Shown piece after piece: positions 15,573 to 29,243 of a stretch of 64,000 bases of DNA. The stretch lies in the NCBI RefSeq assembly GCF_009914755.1, contig NC_060947.1. One strand, written 5' to 3'. Origin of the DNA: the human T2T-CHM13v2.0 reference genome, Homo sapiens. A program made the position numbers and the translations under genes. Below the pieces are notes generated by a model. The model had not been told where the DNA came from. It ran no database searches and was given only the letters and a program-made list of their open reading frames with translations. Each line of letters opens with the position of its first letter. The stretch's first letter is position 1.

Positions 15573-17554
15573 GTTGTTACTTCTTCAAAGAGATCCTTAC
15601 TGCTCTCCCAAGTACAGATTAGGTACCCCTCTTTTGTGTTCTCACAGCACCCTGTATTTCCCCTTTTAATAGTTATTTTCTCATTGTTTTCTAAATATAA
15701 TTACTTACTTGTCTATCTTCTTGATTTGACTATGGTGCTGGAGGGCACAGACTGTCTTTAACTTGTTTCCCTATGGATTTGCAAGAGGTCTAACACAACA
15801 AATGGATACACTTTCTCTTCAGTGATCTCTACCTTATGTCTGCAGGAACCAGTTGTTTAATGGGCAGACACTGGGACAGTGGACAAGAAACGTGTGTCCA
15901 AAATGTCGTGCTGGACACGTGCAGCCCCTCTGAACAACTCTTAAGAGCTATTGCTGATCTTGTCCCGCAACCCTGATCGCAAAAACTAAAAGGCATCTTT
16001 GTAAGTCTCCATGCATATACTGCTCCATTTTCCCAGCCTCCTACTGCCAACTCAGTGAGCGCTGCATGTGGATCACCTTTCCTTGCTTCAAATCCTCCAA
16101 ATACACAAGAACTGTGGCAGAGCACTGGGAATGTTTGCCAACTCCTGAGTTTAGGAAGTCTGATCTGGGCTTTGTCACAAAAGGAGAGGGGTGCGGTAGC
16201 TCTGGGGTGCCAATCAATTGCAAGAGGACAGCTAATGTTCTTGGGAGATGACTGGCCCCCTAAGGCCATTTGTCAAGCAGGATGATTATGATTAAATATA
16301 ACTCACCAGTCTACAAGTGGCCCTCAGACAGCAGAAAGTATCCAGCAGGACATTGCATGTCACGAAGCAGCGCCAGGGTAGTGGACATCAACAGTTCTGT
16401 CCAATTAATCCTTGGAAGCACAGTCAGAATTAATTGGGAACTTGTTGAAAGTTGATCGACACCTTTGGAAAGGTGAAATCCTTTTCTGTTCCCATTAAGT
16501 GTTGTTAAGGCCATTAGCAGAAATTGGAATAGAGAAATATGACCTTTCATGTGGTAGATTCAGAGACTGAGAAGATGGACGAGATGGAAATGTACTGGCA
16601 GCTTATAATAAGCACCTGGGTGGGGAGTGATAACTAAAGATTGAAAATTGACAAATGGGTTAAACTGGCAGAGATCAAGACAGAGAGGGATGGGGTGCAG
16701 TTTGCATGCAGAGGTGGTGAGAGAAAGGAATGAGAGCATCAATAATCCAGCAGGGTCGCCCATGCTGAGGGTCAGATATGGATTACTCAGAAGGTAGGCA
16801 AAATTTGCTAGGTGGGAGAGTAGGGAGATTTGGTTACAAGATGAAGAGATCAATTTATAGCTGTTGAGAGGAGTAAATGATCTAGTCCTCCCCAGGGAGT
16901 TAGGATACCACAGATAAATACTCCAGACTAAAATCAGGAGGTCTGAGACATTTGTTTATTCAGTTGCAAAGTGACTGAATGTCTCCAACCCTCCCCTTCC
17001 CACAGTTGGTTATGTCCTTCCAAGTGACTAACGTGAAATTTCTTTGAAAGCCATCAAGCTATACAGATGTAAGGAATTATCATCATAATCATCCAACTGA
17101 ATCAAGTGCAAAAGAATATTGCTATAAGGAAATATGTGAGATTTTAATTATTTCCTCTGATGGAGTAGAACATGTTTGCAGATAATCTTGAACAGCAACA
17201 GTGCCCGAATGATTTATCTTGGGCTTTACAGCCACACATCATGATATTTTGATGGAGGAAGGTCCGGAGTTGTGGGATGTGCATCAACATGCAATTTTCC
17301 CTGACATTTTGCATTGGCTCAGATTATGAAGCCCTGACAGTGGGAAGAAATGGACCACCAGAAAGTAGTTCTTAAATTACCAGGAGCGCTGTTTGCTGCA
17401 GAGACACTCCAGAATCTTCAAGTTAGGCGCAGCACGTGAGAGTTGGCAGTTTTCCACCCACCGACCTGAGTTGCTGTGGTTAGATGAGGGCTTTCTTGCA
17501 GGATCCACCAGAGGCTGAGGCTTTGGGTCACAGTTATCATTAGAATGTTGTCTC

Positions 17555-17780
17555 TTTGCCAGGTCCTATGCTAAGCATTTTACCTGCACCATCTCATTTA
17601 ATCATCAAAACTACTCTGTGGAGTTAGATACTATTATTGTCTTCATTTTACAGATAAGGGAACAGGATTAAAAAGATTAGTAACTTATCCAAGGTCACAT
17701 CACTAGCAAAAGACAAAACTTGGTATTAAACTCAGGCATTAGCTCCAGAGCCTGTGCACGGAACTGCCATACAATACTGC
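17555..17780 (-). mobile_element. MIR SINE (one of many MIRs, e.g. ~21590, 28370, 41560, 42230, 43210, 43710, 49560)
   Basis: MIR core 'atctcatttaatc...cattttacagataagggaaca...aacttatccaaggtcaca'. Confidence 0.8.
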
Positions 17781-18109
17781 CATGCGCATATATGAATAAG
17801 CCTGAGAATCTGAGAAAGAAGGAGATGTGACCTACCTAAGGCCACTCAACTAGTTAGTTGTCCCATATACCATTTGTTTTTGTTGTTGGACCAGATCTAG
17901 TATGCTCACAGCAAATGAAGAATTTTAAAATTTCCATTTTATAGATGTAGCTCAGTTCTAGTAATAATGATGATGACAGTAACGACAACAGCAGTGGCAA
18001 CTAATATTTACTAAACATCTGTTTTTGCTGAGCACCGTAATAGCTACTTTATGTATACACTCATTTATTCATTTATTGAAAAAATGTTTATTGAGAGCCT
18101 TCTATACAC

Positions 18110-18622
18110 AAACAAGTGTGTTCACACAAAAGCTTGTACACAAGTCGTTTACAGCAGTATTGTTCATAATAGCCTAAAGGTGGAAAAATTCCAAATGTCC
18201 ATCAACTAATGAATGAATACATGAAATCTGGTATATTCATGCACTAGAATATAATACAGCCATAAAAAGAATGAAATACTGATACATGCTACAACAAGGA
18301 TGAACCCTGAAAACATTATGCTAAGTGAAAGAAGTGAGACACAAAAAGCCATATGTAGTATGATTCAATTTATATGAAATATCCAGAATAGGCAAATTTA
18401 TATAGAGACAATGAATAGATTAGTGATTTCCAGGATCTGGGGGGAAGGGGCAATGGGAGTGATTGCTAATGGGTAGGGGCTTCTTTTCAGATGTGACGAA
18501 AATGTCCTAAAATTGATTGTGGTGATGGCTACACGTTTCTGTGAATATACTAAAATCTATTAAATTTTAGACTTTAAAATTGTGTGGTATGTGAATTATA
18601 TATCAATAAAGCTGCTAAAAAA
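18110..18622 (+). mobile_element. L1MB-type 3' end
   Basis: 'ccaaatgtccatcaactaatgaatg...gaaaacattatgctaagtgaaagaag...gtgaattatatatcaataaagctg'. Confidence 0.85.
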
Positions 18623-18894
18623 AGAGCCATTTCATATGTCATCTCCTTTGTCTAGCCTTTCCTGAGATCCTAGACAGGGTAGTCCCTTCTTCTGAATTCC
18701 TCTATCACCATGTACACACCTCTGCCATAGCACTTCTACCCCTGTATAAAATTGTCTACTTACGTGACCTTATACTTGGCTCTAGAAGCTCCCCAAGGTC
18801 AAGGAACATGTTTTATCTATTTCCTACCTCTTACAATGTTTCCCTGTCCTGCCTCCACCCTTTTTTCCTCCCTTAATCTCTCTTCCCCTCCCTT

Positions 18895-19495
18895 CCTTCT
18901 TTTTTCAACCCAAATTTTTGTTGAGCATCTACTGAGTGCAAAGGCACTGTGCTAGGTATTTGGGACTACAGCAGTGACTAAAGCATGGTCCTTGTCCTAG
19001 TGCACTTACAGTCTAATAAGGAAGATAGACATTAAACGTACATGATAAGTGTTAGGGAATAAAATTGTTTAACTGGGAAGTCTGACCTAATCTGAGGAAT
19101 TAGGGAAGAAATCTCTCATGATGTGTTATTTTACCTGAAACTTGAATGACTAGTACAAATTAGTTGTGGGGGTAGAGAAACAGCATAGGGAATGTATTGA
19201 GGCTGGAAAAAGATTGACACCATGGAAAAAGTGAAGGGAGGGCAGTCTGGCTGAAATGGTAGAAATGAAGGTGTCAGGGGAGTGGAGTAGGTCATGGCTA
19301 ACATAAGACTTGAGAGGAAGGTAAAGGCTTTGTTGGCCAGACTAAAGGATTTACACTTTGTTCCACAGATGGTTTTTAAGTGTGTGTGTGTATTTTTCAA
19401 ATGCTCATTGCAGCTGTTCACTTGGAGAATGTATTGGAGAGAGCACAAGTATTACATTAGAATAATCCAGGCAAGTAACAATGGTGAGTAGGGTA
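18895..19495 (-). mobile_element. L2 LINE fragment (continues after the Ricksha at ~21090-21430; other L2 pieces at ~1060, 6250, 33860, 48390, 52600, 56450, 61920)
   Basis: L2 3' motif 'ttgttgagcatctactgagtgcaaaggcactgtgctagg'. Confidence 0.7.
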
Positions 19496-19528
19496 ACTGC
19501 AAGGGGTGTTGAGAAATGTGAATGAGAA

Positions 19529-21081
19529 GGGTTTGGGTCATAATATCAGAAGACACAATCCCAAAAGCCATAATCCCAATGTTGAAATCTTGAAAGACCA
19601 CAATCTCTGAAGTCTATAAAATCTCAAAAATCACATTGCCAAAAGATCAAAATCCTGAAAAGATAATTCTGGGGGAAATAATTTTAAAATTATTTTAAAT
19701 ACATTTATTTACATTTTAAAGGGTGATTTATTTGAGAAACACATGAAATCATGACAGAACACTTCATAGGCTGGCCACTTTACACAATAAAATGGGCAAA
19801 AATAACGTGTATATTTTTGCAAACATAAACATTCAGGTACACTAACAGTAGTCACATGGGTATAAAAGTTATGAGAAGATGAACCGTATTCATAAAGAGA
19901 TCAAAAAGCAAAATACATAAATGCATATTACTATAGTTAGTAATTGTTTTCACCCAGCTTTATAACTGTGGTCTTCTGAAATACTATAAGGGACAGCATA
20001 AGTCTTGACAAGATCATTCAAAAACTGCCATGGGTCACCACCGCATATAGTTACCCAAAAAGCTGAGATCTCAAGAAATTTTACCTTTCACAAATGCATA
20101 TATACAAAAAGGGCATCTCTTCATTTATTGAGGAAGTTTCAATGTTTTCACATACATACACAATGCTTATACACAAAGTCAGGGTTGTGATAATGCAGTT
20201 TTGTGGAGTCAAATTTGCAAAAAAAATGCATACAACACATTAAAACTCTCTAAAATCTTTACACAATTATACTTTCAGTATTAGAAATGATGCAAATATG
20301 AAATACATAGTATGGTGAATTGGCACTGTGTGAGAAGGGACACAAGTCATACATAATTGAATAATCTGACAAAGCAGATTTCTTGTATTTTTTTGCCTGC
20401 ATTTTCACTTCTACGATCTCTGAAACACTTGTTGCACTTGTATTTAGAGAGTGGTTGTGGCCTATGCATTTCCTAAGTATATGCTGTCCACTTAAAGTCT
20501 GATAATTGCTCAGCTGTTGAAATTATTTTCTGCTTTTGCAGCACCAATAGTAATTCGCTTTTAAACTTTTATCTTTCACCATTAAGTAGCCTTGTATACT
20601 TCTCACGGCCTTTTTGCAAAGGATCATTTTTTTTCAGGTCTCTTCTATTGTGTCATAAGGAGTACAGTAAGAAGGAATGACATTTAGCTCCCCCAATACT
20701 AAATCTGTATTAGTCAGGGTTCTCCAGAGGGACAGAACCGATGGGATACATATATAAATACTTGAGAGAGAATTCATTAGGGGAACTGACACCCACATGT
20801 ATCTCCTTAAATCACACTTAATTTCCAAATAAAGACAATAACAAGGTAATAGTTCCACCTAACATGATGCAAGTATCCTATATACAACCAAAAATTCACT
20901 AATCTCTTCCCTAGAATTCAGCTTTCAGGGTTTCAGTATTTGGCATTTTAATCTTTCAGGATTATAATTTTCAGGCTTTTAGATGTTAGGGTTTTTAGAT
21001 TTTAGGAATTTTGATCTTTTGGGATTCCAACATTCGGAATTATGGCATTTGGAATTGTGTCCTTCAGGATTATGACGATAC
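19529..21081 (+). mobile_element. Ricksha (MULE/MuDR-family non-autonomous DNA transposon) with captured MLT2/ERVL sequence
   Basis: Long terminal inverted repeats: 'gggtttgggtcataat...gacacaatcccaaaagccataatcccaatgttgaaatc' versus 'gattccaacattcggaattatggcatttggaattgtgtc...gattatga'. Internal MLT2 start 'tgtattagtcagggttctccagagggacagaac' at 20707. Confidence 0.8.
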
Positions 21082-22017
21082 TGTGTAATAGGTACAATCA
21101 ATCAGTTTAGTGTTTGGTAGGATATGGGGAGTCAGCAAGGCCTCCAGAAAGATTCCTAGATATCTAGGTGGGGCAACTCGGTGAAAATGATGCCATTAAT
21201 TTCAATAGAGAATACAGGGGAAGAGGTAGGGTTGGGAGTTATGTGGAAGTAAGGTTGTTTTTTTGTTTTGTTTTTGATGTGGTGACATGGAGGTACCTAT
21301 TGGCAATTCAGGTAGAGAGGTTCAACAAGAATCAGTTGATGTATATGGAGTGCAGGAAAGATCATGTGTGAGCTGGAGTTATAGATTTCAGAGTTGTTAA
21401 CAAGTAAATGGTAATTGAAGCCATGGACCTAGCTTATTCATCTTTGTATTTCCCACAGTACCTGGGGTGGTGTCTGACACAAAGTATTTGTTGAATATGA
21501 AGTAAGAAGATGTCAACCATAATCCCCTTCAAAGGGATGGTACATATAGGACTCCAGGTTGGTGTGCACAGCAGATACACATTAAGAGCTAATGTTTCTT
21601 GAGCCCATACTATGCATCAGTCACTTTCTAAGCCTCATGTCTTAATTGTCTCAGTAACACTATGGGGTAAGTATTAGCACTATCTCTATTGTTCAAAAGG
21701 GGAAATGGAGACACGAGGAGGTCACACAGCAAGTGGTAGAGTTAGGATTTGAATCCAGACAGTCCGAGTGTAGAACCTATTATTTTAACCACTGAGGTAT
21801 ATTTCCACTCTAGTACTTGAGGCCTAAGTTATTGGTTTGTTAATTGGTCAGTGTAGGCTGCTGTTCATGGTTGAAAATTCCTTTTCATGTCTTTCTCCTT
21901 CTCTCTGGGTAGCACTTTTATCCCTATTCTCCTGACATTTTTGTGCTTGCCTCCCAATCCAGCCCATTGTTACTGGGATAACTAGATTATCACATTCAAA
22001 GGAATGAAGTTAGACCT

Positions 22018-22380
22018 TGCAGTGGTTTGAATGTGTCCCCCAAAAAGCATGTGTTGGAAACTTAATCCCTAATGCAACAAAATTGGGAGGTGGAGCCTAA
22101 TGGAAGATATTTAGATCATGAGGGTGGAGCCCTTATGAATGGATTAATGCTAATTATAAAAGGGGTTAAGGCTGTAAGTTTGATCTCTTGCTTTCTCTCG
22201 CCTTGTCCTGCTCTTCCACTTTCTGTCATGGGATGATACAGCAAGAAAGCTTTTGCCAGATGTCAGCCCCATGATCTTGGACTTCCTAGCTCTCAGATCT
22301 GTGAGGAAATAAATTTCTATTATTTATAAATGATCTACTTTGTAGTATTCTGTTATAGCAGCACAAAATGGACCAGGACA
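22018..22380 (+). mobile_element. MST-family MaLR solo LTR inserted in an L1 fragment
   Basis: TG...CA termini, 'tggtttgaatgtgtcccccaaaaagcatgtgttggaaacttaatccc'. 5-bp TSD GACCT at 22013-22017 and 22381-22385. Confidence 0.9.
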
Positions 22381-22495
22381 GACCTCTACCACACACTATA
22401 CATAAAAATTAACTCAAGATAAATTAAATGCTTTTATGCAACAGCTAAAAAGATAAAACTCTTAGGAGAAAACGTAGATGTAATCATCATTCTTA

Positions 22496-24670
22496 TGAAT
22501 GTCAAGTCCATTTTCCCCAGCACCATTTGTTGAAAGGACTATTATTTTATTTAGTTGTCTTGGCATCCTTGTCAAAAGCTTTTCAAAGTCCCTATGAATA
22601 TCTCACTCCCTAGTTTTAACTTTTAAGATTTTTGGTCACTCTATTGTTTGCCTCAACTGTTACTCACCATCTTATGCAGCAGCAGCGCTAATAAATTGCT
22701 TGGAATTGTTTTTGATAAATGCTCCCAGGTGGAAGGCTTTCACACTGGGAGAGTGCTGAATCAGGTTAAATACAGACAACCTTACAAGTGGCATTTCCTG
22801 GGAACCACCAGACAGGTTGAATAATGACAATTCTTTGGGAATAATTATTGGAAAGAGTTCCAGCTCCTTTCGGCTCTCTCTGGTGTCTGTCAGGATGTTG
22901 GTTTTCACCATGAATGCAGATTATGATTTTTCAAGCCTACTGTTGTGCTAGAGTGTAGGGAATTGGACTAGGACAAGTAAAAACACCACAATCTCACTCT
23001 TCTTACTGAGATTCAGCCATTTTTCTTGAATAAATGCACCTCAGATTGCTGGAAACTCTTGGATAATTTCTAGAGTTCTGAAAAATTTGCTTCTGACAAT
23101 TTTTGCTAGTTTTCCCATTACTTTTATGGAGAAGAGGAGTTTTGGAGATTCCTACTCTGCAATTTTTCCCCTTTACTTTTTCAAACATGGTTTCCTTTAG
23201 TTCTTTAAACACATTTCTGATGGCAGCTTTAGAATCTTTGTCAAATCCAACATCTGGGCCCACTCACAGATTGTTTCTGTTGCCTGCTTTTGTTCCATAC
23301 ATATGATTGACTTTCTTCTGTTTCTTTAGTTGTCTCCTATTTATTTTTTGTTGAAAATTGGGCATTTTAGGTAACATCTTGCAGCAACTAGATATTGATT
23401 TCCCTTCTCTCTCTCCGAGGCTTCTTTTTGCCATTATTTGCTTGTTTAGTGACTTGATTAAACTATTTTAGTGAAATCAATTTCTCCCTCAGTGTGAAGT
23501 CTTCAGTGTTGATCTTCAGAGAGCACAGCCTTGGGCACGTGCACCATCACCCTAGGATGCCAGTGGTTTTATTGCAGCTCTCTTTCTCCATCTCTCTGTC
23601 AAGCTATGTGCATTGTTTGGAATCATACCCAGCTGCGAAGTTTCACTACTTGCTGGGTGATTGCTTTATTGTTTTTGACAAAGTCCTGGGATATAAATTG
23701 TTTCACAGATAAATCCAATTAAATCTAGGACCCTTTTCACAGATAGTACTTGAGGCAAGTCTTTGAGGTTTGTTCAGATCTCAGGAGGGTTCATCTTTGC
23801 TGTCTCCTTCTCTGGTTCTCTCTGGTGAGCTAGTTTGCCTATGTTTTAAGTGGTTGATCTTAATTAAGAGAATTCTCAGCCTCTTCTTAATTGCTTACCA
23901 CCAAATATCCATTGTTTTTGAAAGTGCCCTTAGGTTTGAACTTCTCCAGTCTGTTTCAAATAAAGTTATTTACTTTAGGGAGAGCTTCAGAGCTGTCTGT
24001 CCTTATGACCTGCCTCTGCTGCTGAGCCAAAATCTGTGAGCCACAACTCCAGAGCTGGGTGCAAGGACAGTGGCCCACTTTTCTTGGAATGATATTCATG
24101 CTTTATGACGAGGCTGTTTGGCAGGGGCAGTAGACTCAGGTTTTCTCAGCTTGGCTCTCCCAGAATTGAACCTCTGCCCTATGAGTGAGATGGGGCAAGG
24201 ACAATTAGTGCCTCAGTATTCTTATCCTTTCATACCTGGGGGTAGAGCCTCTGCCCTATGATTGTGTCTGGGTGGAGAAAGGAATACATCAGCATTTTTC
24301 TTGGCTACACTCATCTCTGCAACTCATGGTGAAGTGGTGGGGGGTGATGATAAATACTGGTGGCTTGCCCTCCTGTGAGATATTGAGTCACTTGACCGGG
24401 AGCTGAAGGGAGAGGAAGCCTTGTCATCTTGGCCTTATGTACCCAGAATGAAGTTTCTTTCATGCTTAGCTGGGGAGGGGAGATGGAAGGAATGGGTTAT
24501 GGCTCAAGTGCAACAAACTCTTACTGTTCTTGTCAAGATTTAGTAGATTTTCTTAAATAAATATTTCCTCACTTGCAGTCTTGCCTTAGGACAATTTTGA
24601 GAGACTTTTAAATGGTTGTTCGTTTTTAAAATAACTTTTATCAGTTATACTTGTTTTACTCGCAAGTGAA
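22496..24670 (-). mobile_element. Old L1M fragments (ORF2 piece, ORF1 remnant, 5' region)
   Basis: ORF 23003..23263(-) 'DKDSKAAIRNVFKELKETMFEKVK' resembles the L1M ORF1 N-terminal region. 'ccagcaccatttgttgaaag' is antisense ORF2. Confidence 0.6.
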
Positions 24671-24939
24671 TATCTTCATTGTCATATACTTTTTTGATGC
24701 CTGCTTTTCTCTATAGCCTGAGGAAGATTCTGAATTCCAGAAAATCACCATTTGCAGTTGTCAATGCTATAATACATTGTGCCTGTATAATATCATCCCT
24801 AGACAAAGTTCCCAAATAGATATTAAGTTCTTAGAGGAGAAGGACTGGATTTAATACAACCATGACACCCTGTATACTTAATGGGCCCAAAGAATTCATC
24901 TAAAGAATGATGCACAAATAGATAACTATAGCTTCTATT

Positions 24940-25620
24940 TAAAAATGACCTCAACAATGGAGCATAACTCCCACCCCTTAAGTCTAGGCACTGTGTAGTA
25001 ACTTTCCATTCATTATGGAAAGGGGAGAAAGAGCAACCTTACAATGGACAAACTTGACAAACATTATCTCAAGCTAGTTGATCAAGGTTAACAACAATAG
25101 TGACATGTTATATTAATAGTGTATACTCGTGATATGATGTGAATGAGAATGTCGCTTGACCTCTGAGGTCCTCCTGCCAAAAACACATTACCCCAGTTTG
25201 GTCATGAAAAAAATATCAGACAAGTCTCAATTGAGGGACATTCTGCAAAATACCTAACCATCACTACTCAAAACTTGTAAGGTCATCAAAAACAAGAAGT
25301 GACTAAAAAAACCATCACAGCCAAGAGGAACTTAAGGAGATATTATGGTCAAATGTGATGTGGTATCCTGGATTGGATCCTGGAACTGAAAAAGGACAGT
25401 AGGTAAAAACTAAGGAAATATAAATTAAGCATGGACTTTAGTTAATTATAATGCATTATTAATATCAGTTCACTAATTATGACAAATGTACCATACTAAT
25501 GTAAGATGTTAATAATAGGGGAAACAGGATGTTGGGTATATGGGAGCTCCTTATACTATCTTACCAGCTTTTACCAAAAACAGTTCTAGAATAAAAATAG
25601 TTTATTTGGAAAAACCAAAA
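24940..25620 (+). mobile_element. L1MC/MD-type 3' UTR
   Basis: 'ggtatcctggattggatcctggaac.gaaaaaggac...gacaaatgtaccatactaatgtaagatgttaataatagggga'. Confidence 0.75.
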
Positions 25621-27663
25621 ACAAAACAACAAACCTCTACTACAATGAGGCAGGCTTTGTGCTGAGCAGAAAAATACTCAGTCGACCTGAGAGTCTGTTT
25701 TTCTTGAGATCCCTTGTGGAGTGGGGCCCATGGAGACCCAGAGAAAAAGGTAGCTAGGGTAGAATCAGAACTCTGTGTTTTTTTGGCCCAATAGTTTCTT
25801 TCCTATGAATCTCTCTTAAGGAAACAGCCAGATGAATACACAAAAATGTCCATGCCAAGTATGGTTACTGCAGAGTGAAATACTGCAACATCCTAAATGT
25901 CCACACTGGGGCGGTATCTCACTATGTTTGTTCTATAGAGCATCAGTCCAATAAAATGCTCCGCATATACAAACAGGAAACGCTGCGTGCTATATTCCCG
26001 TCGAGAGTCCAATATACATTAGTGTAATAAGGCTCTGAGATGAGTCATGCTAAAAAAAATGTAAAGTTCTGTTAGAAACAGGGTTTGAAACTCACAACTA
26101 TGGATCATTTTTTATACTTTTTTTTTTTTTAAACAAACGCTACTAATGTCTTCACACTTTGTAAATTGTTACACTAAAGGTTGGGTTATATAGATTATGA
26201 AATATGTTTCTATTGGAATATTATATAGCAATTAGTGAAATCATACTTTTATAGGACTAATGAATTGAGAAAAGTCACAATTTTAAATAAGGAAAACGAG
26301 ATACACATTTGTATATACAATATAATCTTAATTATTTAATGTTTTCTGTACATAAGAAAAGGACAATTAAAAACTACAAATGGTTATCGCTGGGTTGTGT
26401 AGTTACAGGTGATTTTAAATTTCTTCTTTATAGTCCTTTAATTTCATAGTGGTCTACAAAGTAAATATATTATTTAAATAATCAGAAAAGAAAACACATC
26501 ATAAAGCAATATTTTGTAAGCTAAATCATTCCTACCCCTCATGCACTCTAAACTTATTTGCTTTTTGTTATAAAAAAGTATTTGTCAGAATTTTTTTGAA
26601 AAAGCCAGATTATATAAGCTCGGGAAAGGGAACGGCAGAATGTCTTAGATGGGCTTGATTTAACTAGTGGAGCATTATAAAAATAGAGCATTTCTCTCTT
26701 ATGGCCAGCAAGGAGATGGCCACAGTAACCTGAAGGAACGAGCAGTCCAGGCTGCTAAACTGTTGCTATTTTTTGGCTAATGCTGGACTGTGATGCCCTT
26801 CTTTGGCTAAAGCTGTACTGTACCATCTGAGATGGCATTTCCTTACAGATAAATGTTCTTCTTCTTGATTAAGGAATGAACACACAAGGCTTCAGCCTAA
26901 TTCCCCATGTCAAAATGACCTCCAGAGGACAGATACTTCATCTTCTTGTTTGTGTGCAGGAATTCCTTTCAGGTTCCTCCTATGAGACTCCTACACTAAT
27001 GCAAAAATTTCTGCTCTTTCTCAGGTGGCTGGAAGGGGAAGGGCTGAGCTGGCCACTTTCAGTGCCTCTCTGTGCAGAAACTCTGTGGCACTTACCAATG
27101 TCTGGCTGGCCTGGGATTGAGCACTAGCATGTGCAGGGTAGGAATTGCTGGATAAATAACCTGAAATGCATTTTCGGGTAATCAGTTTCATTCGTAGAAA
27201 CTGCATTCAGCCAATTTGCAATGTTATATGATATCATATGATATGGTATGACATGTCTGAGAATAAAGTGCAAGATGCTGGAGAATGAGGGAAGCTCAGT
27301 AATAATCCTAGTTTTGCTACCAATTCTTTGTGTGATCTTTGACCATTGCTTCCCCTCACTGGGCCTCAGTTCCGCCAAATATAAAACAAGTGGTCGGTCT
27401 ATGAAATTGGTTTCCTGATTCAGCTATAATAAAACTTAAACTCCTTTACATGAACCCCAGGGCCTTGCATGATCAGGCCTCTTGTCTCCCTCTTTGCCTT
27501 CATCACCCACTAGTTTCTCCCTTACACTATTCCAACCATACCTCAGGACCTTTGCACTATCTCTTTCCTCTGCCTGGAAGACTATCTCCCAATATCTGTC
27601 TCTGGTTTTGTACCTGGGTGTTAGCTAAATGTCACCTCCTAATAAAGGCCTTCCCTGACTAGC

Positions 27664-28106
27664 TGCTATAGTTATGGATTGTTTGTCCCCACCAAAACTC
27701 ACATTGAAATTTGATACCCAAAGAGGCAGAGTTGAGAGGTGGGGCCTAGAGGGAGGTGTGTGGGTCGTGGCGGCAGATCTCTCATGAATGGCTTAGTGTT
27801 GTTTTCACAGTAGTGAGTGAGTTCTTGCTCTTGCAAGACTGTATTAGTTCCCACAGGAATGGATTAGTTTCCCCAAGAGTGGATTGTTGTAAAGCCTGGA
27901 TGCCCTTCAGGTTTTCCCTCTCATGTCTGCTTCCCCTTTGACCTTCCCAACCATGTTATGACATAGCATGCAAGGTATTGCTAGAAGCCAGGGTCATGCC
28001 TTTGAACTACCCAGCCTGCAGAACTGTGAGATAACTGAACCTCTTTTCTTTATAAATTACCCAATCTAAGGTATTATGGTACAGTAACGCTAAATGGACT
28101 AAGACA
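27664..28106 (+). mobile_element. MSTB-like MaLR solo LTR
   Basis: 'tgctatagttatggattgtttgtccccaccaaaactcac.ttgaaatttgat...tataaattaccca...atggactaagaca'. Confidence 0.85.
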
Positions 28107-28752
28107 CCACCTTATGGAATGGTGCCCTGTGCCTTTTCCCCCATTACTCTCTTTCCTATTACCTTGTTTCATTTCCTTCCTGGAAATCATTACTTTAATA
28201 TTTGTCTTATTTATTTTATTGCTGGCCTATTTACTGTTTGTCTTCCCCCACTAGACTCTGTAGGGAATCTTGTTGATTTTATTCATTTCTACATCCTTTC
28301 TGACTAGAAAGATGACTGGCACAGAGTAGGTAATTGATAGATCTATGTGGAATGATTGAGGAGGCACCTGACATTTGCTTACTTAACAAACACTCTGTGC
28401 CAATCTTTCTATACTGCTTTGCAAATTTCAATTTATTTAATTTTCATAACATTCCTATATATGAGGTAGACACTACTATTTTTCCCACTTTAGAGATAAG
28501 GAAACTGAGGCAGAGAGAAGCTAAGTAATTTGCCCACGGTTATACTGTAGTTTACATTAATTGTGTCTTCTAATCCTACCAACAATCCTACAAAGTACAT
28601 ATTATTTTTACTTCATTTTATAGACAAGAAAACCAAGACTTAGAAAAGTGAAGCAACTGGGTAGGTGACAAAGAAGTTGCTTGAATCCAGAGTGTCTGAC
28701 TCCAGAACGCTGCTTACTCAAGACTGTCACATAACTGACCTATGTGATCTTT

Positions 28753-29243
28753 CTTTTTTAAAATATGTTTTTATTTCAATAACTTTTGTGGCACAAGTGG
28801 TTTTGGGTTGCAAGAATGAGTTATATAGTGGTGAATTGTGAGATTTTAGTGCACTCGTCACCCAAGTAGCGTACATTGTACCCAATATGTGGTTTTTTAT
28901 CTTCGCCCCCACTCTCCCCCTTCTGAGTCTCCAAAGTCCATTATACCACTCTGTGTGCCTTTATGTATCCATAGCTTAGCTCCTACTTATAAGTGAGAAC
29001 ATGCGGTAACTGGCTTTCTATTCCTAAGTTACTTCACTTAGAATAATGGCCTCCAGTTCCATCCAAGTTGCTACAAAAGACATTACTTTTGTTCCTTTCT
29101 AAGGCTGAGTAGTATTCCATGGTGTATATATACCACATTTTCTTTATCCACTCAATGATTGATAGGCACTTAGGTTGGTTCCATATCTTTGCAATTGTGA
29201 ATTAGGCTGCAATAAATATACATGTGCAGGTGTCTTTCTATAC
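28753..29243 (-). mobile_element. L1PB-type 3' end
   Basis: 'gagttatatagtggtgaatt.tgagattttagtgcac...cttataagtgagaacatgcgg'. Confidence 0.85.

Noticed and set aside
15829-16269. 146-aa minus-strand ORF in the unique block
   Set aside because: No recognisable homology, and several short ORFs overlap on both strands, as expected of non-coding DNA.
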